From the NCBI GenBank assembly GCA_032718475.1, contig JAUCBJ010005143.1, forward strand, positions 1-64,000: a stretch of 64,000 nucleotides of DNA. Direction: 5' to 3'. Source of the stretch: Nemertoderma westbladi (lineage: Eukaryota > Animalia > Xenacoelomorpha). The position numbers were made by a program, and so were the translations under genes. Under the pieces are notes generated by a model, which worked only from the letters and a program-made list of their open reading frames with translations, ran no database searches and had not been told where the DNA came from. How positions within the stretch are numbered: position 1 is the stretch's first letter; every line of letters starts with the position of its first letter. Positions 52,401 to 64,000 of this stretch are shown piece by piece.

Positions 52401-55400
52401 GTCTCGTTGGTCCCTGTCCTCTGGACCGTAGCTCAGGTGACCTTCCCGTTGCCTTACCATCTTGTTGGTCCCTGTTCTCTGGACCGTAGCTCAGGTGACC
52501 TTCCCGTTGCCTTGCCGTCTCGTTGGTCCCTGTTCTCTGGACCGTAGCTCAGGTGACCTTCCCGTTGCCTTACCATCTTGTTGGTCCCTGTTCTCTGGAC
52601 CGTAGCTCAGGTGACCTTCCCGTTGCCTTGCCGTCTCGTTGGTCCCTGTTCTCTGGACCGTAGCTCTGGTGACCTTCCCGTTGCCTTGCCGTCTCGTTGG
52701 TCCCTGTTCTCTGGACCGTAGCTCAGGTGACCTTCCCGTTGCCTTGCCGTCTCGTTGGTCCCTGTTCTCTGGACCGTAGCTCTGGTGACCTTCCCGTTGC
52801 CTTGCCGTCTCGTTGGTCCCTGTCCTCTGGACCGTAGCTCAGGTGACCTTCCCGTTGCCTTACCGTCTCGTTGGTCCCTGTTCTCTGGACCGTAGCTCAG
52901 GTGACCTTCCCGTTGCCTTACCATCTCGTTGGTCCCTGTTCTCTGGACCGTAGCTCAGGTGACCTTCCCGTTGCCTTGCCGTCTCGTTGGTCCCTGTCCT
53001 CTGGACCGTAGCTCAGGTGACCTTCCCGTTGCCTTACCGTCTCGTTGGTCCCTGTTCTCTGGACCGTAGCTCAGGTGACCTTCCCGTTGCCTTGCCGTCT
53101 CGTTGGTCCCTGTCCTCTGGACCGTAGCTCAGGTGACCTTCCCGTTGCCTTACCGTCTCGTTGGTCCCTGTTCTCTGGACCGTAGCTCAGGTGACCTTCC
53201 CGTTGCCTTACCGTCTCGTTGGTCGCTGTTCTCTGGACTGTAGCTCAGGTGACCTTCCCGTTGCCTTACCATCTTGTTGGTCCCTGTTCTCTGGACCGTA
53301 GCTCTGGTGACCTTCCCGTTGCCTTGCCGTCTCGTTGGTCGCTGTTCTCTGGACCGTAGCTCAGGTGACCTTCCCGTTGCCTTACCATCTTGTTGGTCCC
53401 TGTTCTCTGGACAGTAGCTCAGGTGACCTTCCCGTTGCCTTACCGTCTCGTTGGTCCCTGTCCTCTGGACCGTAGCTCAGGTGACCTTCCCGTTGCCTTA
53501 CCATCTTGTTGGTCCCTGTTCTCTGGACCGTAGCTCTGGTGACCTTCCCGTTGCCTTGCCGTCTCGTTGGTCGCTGTTTTCTGGACCGTAGCTCTGGTGA
53601 CCTTCCCGTTGCCTTGCCGTCTCGTTGGTCGCTGTTCTCTGGACCGTAGCTCAGGTGACCTTCCCGTTGCCTTGCCGTCTCGTTGGTCGCTGTTTTCTGG
53701 ACCGTAGCTCTGGTGACCTTCCCGTTGCCTTGCCGTCTCGTTGGTCGCTGTTCTCTGGACCGTAGCTCAGGTGACCTTCCCGTTGCCTTACCGTCTCGTT
53801 GGTCGCTGTTCTCTGGACCGTAGCTCAGGAGACCTTCCCGTTGCCTTGCCGTCTCGTTGGTCGCTGTTTTCTGGACCGTAGCTCTGGTGACCTTCCCGTT
53901 GCCTTGCCGTCTCGTTGGTCGCTGTTCTCTGGACCGTAGCTCAGGTGACCTTCCCGTTGCCTTACCGTCTCGTTGGTCGCTGTTTTCTGGACCGTAGCTC
54001 TGGTGACCTTCCCGTTGCCTTGCCGTCTCGTTGGTCGCTGTTTTCTGGACCGTAGCTCTGGTGACCTTCCCGTTGCCTTGCCGTCTCGTTGGTCGCTGTT
54101 CTCTGGACCGTAGCTCAGGTGACCTTCCCGTTGCCTTACCGTCTCGTTGGTCGCTGTTTTCTGGACCGTAGCTCTGGTGACCTTCCCGTTGCCTTGCCGT
54201 CTCGTTGGTCGCTGTTCTCTGGACCGTAGCTCAGGTGACCTTCCCGTTGCCTTACCATCTTGTTGGTCCCTGTTCTCTGGACCGTAGCTCAGGAGACCTT
54301 CCCGTTGCCTTGCCGTCTCGTTGGTCCCTGTTTTCTGGACCGTAGCTCTGGTGACCTTCCCGTTGCCTTGCCGTCTCGTTGGTCGCTGTTTTCTGGACCG
54401 TAGCTCTGGTGACCTTCCCGTTGCCTTGCCGTCTCGTTGGTCGCTGTTCTCTGGACCGTAGCTCAGGTGACCTTCCCGTTGCCTTGCCGTCTCGTTGGTC
54501 GCTGTTTTCTGGACCGTAGCTCAGGTGACCTTCCCGTTGCCTTGCCGTCTCGTTGGTCGCTGTTTTCTGGACCGTAGCTCAGGTGACCTTCCCGTTGCCT
54601 TACCATCTTGTTGGTCCCTGTTCTCTGGACCGTAGCTCAGGAGACCTTCCCGTTGCCTTGCCGTCTCGTTGGTCGCTGTTCTCTGGACCGTAGCTCAGGT
54701 GACCTTCCCGTTGCCTTACCGTCTCGTTGGTCCCTGTTCTCTGGACCGTAGCTCAGGTGACCTTCCCGTTGCCTTGCCGTCTCGTTGGTCCCTGTCCTCT
54801 GGACCGTAGCTCAGGTGACCTTCCCGTTGCCTTACCGTCTCGTTGGTCCCTGTTCTCTGGACCGTAGCTCAGGTGACCTTCCCGTTGCCTTACCGTCTCG
54901 TTGGTCCCTGTTCTCTGGACCGTAGCTCAGGTGACCTTCCCGTTGCCTTACCGTCTCGTTGGTCCCTGTTCTCTGGACCGTAGCTCAGGTGACCTTCCCG
55001 TTGCCTTACCGTCTCGTTGGTCCCTGTTCTCTGGACCGTAGCTCAGGTGACCTTCCCGTTGCCTTACCGTCTCGTTGGTCCCTGTTCTCTGGACCGTAGC
55101 TCAGGTGACCTTCCCGTTGCCTTGTCGTCTCGTTGGTCCCTGTTCTCTGGACCGTAGCTCAGGTGACCTTCCCGTTGCCTTGCCGTCTCGTTGGTCGCTG
55201 TTCTCTGGACCGTAGCTCAGGTGACCTTCCCGTTGCCTTACCGTCTCGTTGGTCCCTGTTCTCTGGACCGTAGCTCAGGAGACCTTCCCGTTGCCTTACC
55301 GTCCCGTTGGTCCCTGTTCTCTGGACCGTAGCTCAGGAGACCTTCCCGTTGCCTTGCCGTCTCGTTGGTCCCTGTTCTCTGGACCGTAGCTCAGGTGACC

Positions 55401-58400
55401 TTCCCGTTGCCTTACCGTCTCGTTGGTCCCTGTTCTCTGGACCGTAGCTCAGGTGACCTTCCCGTTGCCTTACCGTCTCGTTGGTCCCTGTTCTCTGGAC
55501 CGTAGCTCAGGTGACCTTCCCGTTGCCTTGCCGTCTCGTTGGTCCCTGTTCTCTGGACCGTAGCTCAGGTGACCTTCCCGTTGCCTTACCGTCTCGTTGG
55601 TCCCTGTTCTCTGGACCGTAGCTCAGGTGACCTTCCCGTTGCCTTGCCGTCTCGTTGGTCCCTGTTCTCTGGACCGTAGCTCTGGTTACCTTCCCGTTGC
55701 CTTGCCGTCTCGTTGGTCCCTGTTCTCTGGACCGTAGCTCAGATGACCTTCCCGTTGCCTTGCCTTCTCGTTGGTCGCTGTTCTCTGGACCGTAGCTCAT
55801 GTGACCTTCCCGTTGCCTTGCCGTCTCGTTGGTCCCTGTTCTCTGGATGGTAGCTCAGGTGACCTTCCCGTTGCCTTACCGTCTCGTTGGTCCCTGTTCT
55901 CTGGACCGTAGCTCAGGTGACCTTCCCGTTGCCTTACCGTCTCGTTGGTCCCTGTTCTCTGGACCGTAGCTCAGGTGACCTTCCCGTTGCCTTACCGTCT
56001 CGTTGGTCCCTGTTCTCTGGACCGTAGCTCAGGTGACCTTCCCGTTGCCTTGCCGTCTCGTTGGTCCCTGTTCTCTGGACCGTAGCTCAGGTGACCTTCC
56101 CGTTGCCTTACCGTCTCGTTGGTCCTTGTTCTCTGGACCATAGCTCAGGTGACCTTCCCGTTGCTTTACCGTCTCGTTGGTCCCTGTTCTCTGGACCGTA
56201 GCTCAGGTGACCTTCCCGTTGCCTTGCCGTCTCGTTGGTCCCTGTTCTCTGGACCGTAGCTCAGGTGACCTTCCCGTTGCCTTACCGTCTCGTTGGTCCC
56301 TGTTCTCTGGACCGTAGCTCAGGTGACCTTCCCGTTGCCTTACCGTCTCGTTGGTCGCTGTTCTCTGGACCGTAGCTCAGGTGACCTTCCCGTTGCCTTA
56401 CCGTCTCGTTGGTCGCTGTTCTCTGGACCGTAGCTCAGGTGACCTTCCCGTTGCCTTGCCGTCTCGTTGGTCCCTGTTCTCTGGACCGTAGCTCAGGTGA
56501 CCTTCCCGTTGCCTTACCGTCTCGTTGGTCCCTGTTCTCTGGACCGTAGCTCAGGTGACCTTCCCGTTGCCTTACCGTCTCGTTGGTCGCTGTTCTCTGG
56601 ACCGTAGCTCAGGTGACCTTCCCGTTGCCTTACCGTCTCGTTGGTCGCTGTTCTCTGGATGGTAGCTCAGGTGACCTTCCCGTTGCCTTACCGTCTCGTT
56701 GGTCCCTGTTCTCTGGACCGTAGCTCAGGTGACCTTCCCGTTGCCTTACCGTCTCGTTGGTCCCTGTTCTCTGGACCGTAGCTCAGGTGACCTTCCCGTT
56801 GCCTTACCGTCTCGTTGGTCGCTGTTCTCTGGACCGTAGCTCAGGTGACCTTCCCGTTGCCTTACCGTCTCGTTGGTCCCTGTTCTCTGGACCGTAGCTC
56901 AGGTGACCTTCCCGTTGCCTTACCGTCTCGTTGGTCGCTGTTCTCTGGACCGTAGCTCAGGTGACCTTCCCGTTGCCTTACCGTCTCGTTGGTCCCTGTT
57001 CTCTGGACCGTAGCTCAGGTGACCTTCCCGTTGCCTTACCGTCTCGTTGGTCCCTGTTCTCTGGACCGTAGCTCAGGTGACCTTCCCGTTGCCTTACCGT
57101 CTCGTTGGTCCCTGTTCTCTGGACCGTAGCTCAGGTGACCTTCCCGTTGCCTTACCGTCTCGTTGGTCCCTGTTCTCTGGACCGTAGCTCAGGTGACCTT
57201 CCCGTTGCCTTACCGTCTCGTTGGTCGCTGTTCTCTGGACCGTAGCTCAGGTGACCTTCCCGTTGCCTTACCGTCTCGTTGGTCCCTGTTCTCTGGACCG
57301 TAGCTCAGGTGACCTTCCCGTTGCCTTACCGTCTCGTTGGTCGCTGTTCTCTGGACCGTAGCTCAGGTGACCTTCCCGTTGCCTTACCGTCTCGTTGGTC
57401 GCTGTTCTCTGGACCGTAGCTCAGGTGACCTTCCCGTTGCCTTACCGTCTCGTTGGTCCCTGTTCTCTGGACCGTAGCTCAGGTGACCTTCCCGTTGCCT
57501 TACCGTCTCGTTGGTCCCTGTTCTCTGGACCGTAGCTCAGGTGACCTTCCCGTTGCCTTACCGTCTCGTTGGTCGCTGTTCTCTGGACCGTAGCTCAGGT
57601 GACCTTCCCGTTGCCTTACCGTCTCGTTGGTCGCTGTTCTCTGGACCGTAGCTCAGGTGACCTTCCCGTTGCCTTACCGTCTCGTTGGTCCCTGTTCTCT
57701 GGACCGTAGCTCAGGTGACCTTCCCGTTGCCTTACCGTCTCGTTGGTCCCTGTTCTCTGGACCGTAGCTCAGGTGACCTTCCCGTTGCCTTACCGTCTCG
57801 TTGGTCGCTGTTCTCTGGATGGTAGCTCAGGTGACCTTCCCGTTGCCTTGCCGTCTCGTTGGTCCCTGTTCTCTGGACCGTAGCTCAGGTGACCTTCCCG
57901 TTGCCTTACCGTCTCGTTGGTCCCTGTTCTCTGGACCGTAGCTCAGGTGACCTTCCCGTTGCCTTACCGTCTCGTTGGTCGCTGTTCTCTGGACCGTAGC
58001 TCAGGTGACCTTCCCGTTGCCTTGCCGTCTCGTTGGTCCCTGTTCTCTGGACCGTAGCTCAGGTGACCTTCCCGTTGCCTTACCGTCTCGTTGGTCGCTG
58101 TTCTTTGGATGGTAGCTCAGGTGACCTTCCCGTTGCCTTACCGTCTCGTTGGTCCCTGTTCTCTGGACCGTAGCTCAGGTGACCTTCCCGTTGCCTTACC
58201 GTCTCGTTGGTCCCTGTTCTCTGGACCGTAGCTCAGGTGACCTTCCCGTTGCCTTACCGTCTCGTTGGTCGCTGTTCTCTGGATGGTAGCTCAGGTGACC
58301 TTCCCGTTGCCTTACCGTCTCGTTGGTCCCTGTTCTCTGGACCGTAGCTCAGGTGACCTTCCCGTTGCCTTACCGTCTCGTTGGTCCCTGTTCTCTGGAC

Positions 58401-61400
58401 CGTAGCTCAGGTGACCTTCCCGTTGCCTTACCGTCTCGTTGGTCCCTGTTCTCTGGACCGTAGCTCAGGTGACCTTCCCGTTGCCTTACCGTCTCGTTGG
58501 TCGCTGTTCTCTGGACCGTAGCTCAGGTGACCTTCCCGTTGCCTTACCGTCTCGTTGGTCGCTGTTCTCTGGATGGTAGCTCAGGTGACCTTCCCGTTGC
58601 CTTACCGTCTCGTTGGTCCCTGTTCTCTGGACCGTAGCTCAGGTGACCTTCCCGTTGCCTTACCGTCTCGTTGGTCCCTGTTCTCTGGACCGTAGCTCAG
58701 GTGACCTTCCCGTTGCCTTACCGTCTCGTTGGTCGCTGTTCTCTGGACCGTAGCTCAGGTGACCTTCCCGTTGCCTTGCCGTCTCGTTGGTCCCTGTTCT
58801 CTGGACCGTAGCTCAGGTGACCTTCCCGTTGCCTTACCGTCTCGTTGGTCGCTGTTCTCTGGATGGTAGCTCAGGTGACCTTCCCGTTGCCTTACCGTCT
58901 CGTTGGTCCCTGTTCTCTGGACCGTAGCTCAGGTGACCTTCCCGTTGCCTTACCGTCTCGTTGGTCCCTGTTCTCTGGACCGTAGCTCAGGTGACCTTCC
59001 CGTTGCCTTACCGTCTCGTTGGTCGCTGTTCTCTGGATGGTAGCTCAGGTGACCTTCCCGTTGCCTTACCGTCTCGTTGGTCCCTGTTCTCTGGACCGTA
59101 GCTCAGGTGACCTTCCCGTTGCCTTACCGTCTCGTTGGTCCCTGTTCTCTGGACCGTAGCTCAGGTGACCTTCCCGTTGCCTTATCGTCTCGTTGGTCCC
59201 TGTTCTCTGGACCGTAGCTCAGGTGACCTTCCCGTTGCCTTACCGTCTCGTAGGTCCCTGTTCTCTGGACCGTAGCTCATGTGACCTTCCCGTTGCCTTG
59301 CCTTCTCGTTGGTCGCTGTTCTCTGGACCGTAGCTCAGGTGACCTTCCCGTTGCCTTGCCGTCTCGTTGGTCCCTGTTCTCTGCACCGTAGCTCATGTGA
59401 CCTTCCCGTTGCCTTGCCTTCTCGTTGGTCGCTGTTCTCTGGACCGTAGCTCAGGTGACCTTCCCGTTGCCTTGCCGTCTCGTTGGTCCCTGTTCTCTGG
59501 ACCGTAGCTCAGGTGACCTTCCCGTTGCCTTGCCTTCTCGTTGGTCGCTGTTCTCTGGACCGTAGCTCAGATGACCTTCCCGTTGCCTTGCCGTCTCGTT
59601 GGTCCCTGTTCTCTGGACCGTAGCTCAGGTGACCTTCCCGTTGCCTTGCCTTCTCGTTGGTCGCTGTTCTCTGGACCGTAGCTCATGTGACCTTCCCGTT
59701 GCCTTGCCTTCTCGTTGGTCGCTGTTCTCTGGACCGTAGCTCAGGTGACCTTCCCGTTGCCTTGCCGTCTCGTTGGTCCCTGTTCTCTGGACCGTAGCTC
59801 AGGTGACCTTCCCGTTGCCTTACCGTCTCGTTGGTCCCTGTTCTCTGGACCGTAGCTCAGGTGACCTTCCCGTTGCCTTACCGTCTCGTTGGTCGCTGTT
59901 CTCTGGACCGTAGCTCATGTGACCTTCCCGTTGCCTTACCGTCTCGTTGGTCCCTGTTCTCTGGACCGTAGCTCAGGTGACCTTCCCGTTGCCTTGCCGT
60001 CTCGTTGGTCCTTGTTCTCTGGACCGTAGCTCAGGTGACCTTCCCGTTGCCTTACCGTCTCGTTGGTCGCTGTTCTCTGGACCGTAGCTCATGTGACCTT
60101 CCCGTTGCCTTACCGTCTCGTTGGTCGCTGTTCTCTGGACCGTAGCTCAGGTGACCTTCCCGTTGCCTTACCGTCTCGTTGGTCCTTGTTCTCTGGACCG
60201 TAGCTCAGGTGACCTTCCCGTTGCCTTACCGTCTCGTTGGTCCCTGTTCTCTGGACCGTAGCTCAGGTGACCTTCCCGTTGCCTTGCCGTCTCGTTGGTC
60301 CCTGTTCTCTGGACCGTAGCTCAGGTGACCTTCCCGTTGCCTTACCGTCTCGTTGGTCCCTGTTCTCTGGACCGTAGCTCAGGTGACCTTCCCGTTGCCT
60401 TACCGTCTCGTTGGTCGCTGTTCTCTGGACCGTAGCTCAGGTGACCTTCCCGTTGCCTTACCGTCTCGTTGGTCGCTGTTCTCTGGACCGTAGCTCAGGT
60501 GACCTTCCCGTTGCCTTGCCGTCTCGTTGGTCCCTGTTCTCTGGACCGTAGCTCAGGTGACCTTCCCGTTGCCTTACCGTCTCGTTGGTCCCTGTTCTCT
60601 GGACCGTAGCTCAGGTGACCTTCCCGTTGCCTTACCGTCTCGTTGGTCGCTGTTCTCTGGACCGTAGCTCAGGTGACCTTCCCGTTGCCTTACCGTCTCG
60701 TTGGTCGCTGTTCTCTGGATGGTAGCTCAGGTGACCTTCCCGTTGCCTTACCGTCTCGTTGGTCCCTGTTCTCTGGACCGTAGCTCAGGTGACCTTCCCG
60801 TTGCCTTACCGTCTCGTTGGTCCCTGTTCTCTGGACCGTAGCTCAGGTGACCTTCCCGTTGCCTTACCGTCTCGTTGGTCGCTGTTCTCTGGACCGTAGC
60901 TCAGGTGACCTTCCCGTTGCCTTACCGTCTCGTTGGTCCCTGTTCTCTGGACCGTAGCTCAGGTGACCTTCCCGTTGCCTTACCGTCTCGTTGGTCGCTG
61001 TTCTCTGGACCGTAGCTCAGGTGACCTTCCCGTTGCCTTACCGTCTCGTTGGTCCCTGTTCTCTGGACCGTAGCTCAGGTGACCTTCCCGTTGCCTTACC
61101 GTCTCGTTGGTCCCTGTTCTCTGGACCGTAGCTCAGGTGACCTTCCCGTTGCCTTACCGTCTCGTTGGTCCCTGTTCTCTGGACCGTAGCTCAGGTGACC
61201 TTCCCGTTGCCTTACCGTCTCGTTGGTCCCTGTTCTCTGGACCGTAGCTCAGGTGACCTTCCCGTTGCCTTACCGTCTCGTTGGTCGCTGTTCTCTGGAC
61301 CGTAGCTCAGGTGACCTTCCCGTTGCCTTACCGTCTCGTTGGTCCCTGTTCTCTGGACCGTAGCTCAGGTGAACTTCCCGTTGCCTTACCGTCTCGTTGG

Positions 61401-64000
61401 TCGCTGTTCTCTGGACCGTAGCTCAGGTGACCTTCCCGTTGCCTTACCGTCTCGTTGGTCGCTGTTCTCTGGACCGTAGCTCAGGTGACCTTCCCGTTGC
61501 CTTACCGTCTCGTTGGTCCCTGTTCTCTGGACCGTAGCTCAGGTGACCTTCCCGTTGCCTTACCGTCTCGTTGGTCCCTGTTCTCTGGACCGTAGCTCAG
61601 GTGACCTTCCCGTTGCCTTACCGTCTCGTTGGTCGCTGTTCTCTGGACCGTAGCTCAGGTGACCTTCCCGTTGCCTTACCGTCTCGTTGGTCGCTGTTCT
61701 CTGGACCGTAGCTCAGGTGACCTTCCCGTTGCCTTACCGTCTCGTTGGTCCCTGTTCTCTGGACCGTAGCTCAGGTGACCTTCCCGTTGCCTTACCGTCT
61801 CGTTGGTCCCTGTTCTCTGGACCGTAGCTCAGGTGACCTTCCCGTTGCCTTACCGTCTCGTTGGTCGCTGTTCTCTGGATGGTAGCTCAGGTGACCTTCC
61901 CGTTGCCTTGCCGTCTCGTTGGTCCCTGTTCTCTGGACCGTAGCTCAGGTGACCTTCCCGTTGCCTTACCGTCTCGTTGGTCCCTGTTCTCTGGACCGTA
62001 GCTCAGGTGACCTTCCCGTTGCCTTACCGTCTCGTTGGTCGCTGTTCTCTGGACCGTAGCTCAGGTGACCTTCCCGTTGCCTTGCCGTCTCGTTGGTCCC
62101 TGTTCTCTGGACCGTAGCTCAGGTGACCTTCCCGTTGCCTTACCGTCTCGTTGGTCGCTGTTCTTTGGATGGTAGCTCAGGTGACCTTCCCGTTGCCTTA
62201 CCGTCTCGTTGGTCCCTGTTCTCTGGACCGTAGCTCAGGTGACCTTCCCGTTGCCTTACCGTCTCGTTGGTCCCTGTTCTCTGGACCGTAGCTCAGGTGA
62301 CCTTCCCGTTGCCTTACCGTCTCGTTGGTCGCTGTTCTCTGGATGGTAGCTCAGGTGACCTTCCCGTTGCCTTACCGTCTCGTTGGTCCCTGTTCTCTGG
62401 ACCGTAGCTCAGGTGACCTTCCCGTTGCCTTACCGTCTCGTTGGTCCCTGTTCTCTGGACCGTAGCTCAGGTGACCTTCCCGTTGCCTTACCGTCTCGTT
62501 GGTCCCTGTTCTCTGGACCGTAGCTCAGGTGACCTTCCCGTTGCCTTACCGTCTCGTTGGTCGCTGTTCTCTGGACCGTAGCTCAGGTGACCTTCCCGTT
62601 GCCTTACCGTCTCGTTGGTCGCTGTTCTCTGGATGGTAGCTCAGGTGACCTTCCCGTTGCCTTACCGTCTCGTTGGTCCCTGTTCTCTGGACCGTAGCTC
62701 AGGTGACCTTCCCGTTGCCTTACCGTCTCGTTGGTCCCTGTTCTCTGGACCGTAGCTCAGGTGACCTTCCCGTTGCCTTACCGTCTCGTTGGTCGCTGTT
62801 CTCTGGACCGTAGCTCAGGTGACCTTCCCGTTGCCTTGCCGTCTCGTTGGTCCCTGTTCTCTGGACCGTAGCTCAGGTGACCTTCCCGTTGCCTTACCGT
62901 CTCGTTGGTCGCTGTTCTCTGGATGGTAGCTCAGGTGACCTTCCCGTTGCCTTACCGTCTCGTTGGTCCCTGTTCTCTGGACCGTAGCTCAGGTGACCTT
63001 CCCGTTGCCTTACCGTCTCGTTGGTCCCTGTTCTCTGGACCGTAGCTCAGGTGACCTTCCCGTTGCCTTACCGTCTCGTTGGTCGCTGTTCTCTGGATGG
63101 TAGCTCAGGTGACCTTCCCGTTGCCTTACCGTCTCGTTGGTCCCTGTTCTCTGGACCGTAGCTCAGGTGACCTTCCCGTTGCCTTACCGTCTCGTTGGTC
63201 CCTGTTCTCTGGACCGTAGCTCAGGTGACCTTCCCGTTGCCTTATCGTCTCGTTGGTCCCTGTTCTCTGGACCGTAGCTCAGGTGACCTTCCCGTTGCCT
63301 TACCGTCTCGTAGGTCCCTGTTCTCTGGACCGTAGCTCATGTGACCTTCCCGTTGCCTTGCCGTCTCGTTGGTCCCTGTTCTCTGCACCGTAGCTCATGT
63401 GACCTTCCCGTTGCCTTGCCTTCTCGTTGGTCGCTGTTCTCTGGACCGTAGCTCAGGTGACCTTCCCGTTGCCTTTCCGTCTCGTTGGTCCCTGTTCTCT
63501 GGACCGTAGCTCAGGTGACCTTCCCGTTGCCTTGCCTTCTCGTTGGTCGCTGTTCTCTGGACCGTAGCTCAGGTGACCTTCCCGTTGCCTTGCCGTCTCG
63601 TTGGTCCCTGTTCTCTGCACCGTAGCTCATGTGACCTTCCCGTTGCCTTGCCTTCTCGTTGGTCGCTGTTCTCTGGACCGTAGCTCAGGTGACCTTCCCG
63701 TTGCCTTGCCGTCTCGTTGGTCCCTGTTCTCTGGACCGTAGCTCAGGTGACCTTCCCGTTGCCTTGCCTTCTCGTTGGTCGCTGTTCTCTGGACCGTAGC
63801 TCAGATGACCTTCCCGTTGCCTTGCCGTCTCGTTGGTCCCTGTTCTCTGGACCGTAGCTCAGGTGACCTTCCCGTTGCCTTGCCTTCTCGTTGGTCGCTG
63901 TTCTCTGGACCATAGCTCATGTGACCTTCCCGTTGCCTTGCCTTCTCGTTGGTCGCTGTTCTCTGGACCGTAGCTCAGGTGACCTTCCCGTTGCCTTGCC
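43434..64000. repeat. Satellite, 58-bp unit GGACCGTAGCTCAGGTGACCTTCCCGTTGCCTT(G/A)CCGTCTCGTTGGTC(C/G)CTGTTCTCT, about 355 copies, running off the window
   Basis: Period 58, highly homogeneous, pyrimidine-rich + strand. Confidence 0.99.

Noticed and set aside
47872-55800. Minus-strand Arg/Gln/Thr-rich ORFs in the 58-mer
   Set aside because: Translations of satellite units where variants remove stop codons. No coding evidence.

Overview
Animal (probably invertebrate) nuclear DNA, roughly three-quarters tandem repeat. The ORF track misses the main gene. Five short + strand exons (5356-5460, 6394-6489, 20943-21018, 31917-31968, 43126-43241; 445 nt total, all AG/GT-flanked and phase-compatible) splice into an uninterrupted vesicular monoamine transporter (VMAT/SLC18A) segment: [148 protein letters not shown]. 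The introns (0.9, 14.5, 10.9, 11.2 and >20 kb) are filled with nine unrelated tandem arrays (38/40, 31, 28, 63, 28, 46, 19, 26 and 58 bp units). Several arrays are tied to splice signals: two are amplified copies of an exon 3' end plus its donor site, one starts a few bases after a donor, and one amplifies a probable branch point. Also present are a twice-copied 2.9 kb element inside one array, a Penelope-like GIY-YIG fragment with a hammerhead-ribozyme-like motif, a chimera of two dead RTE-type LINEs, and tRNA-derived SINE-like heads. Coordinates, copy numbers and translations were read by eye and may be off by a few bases.
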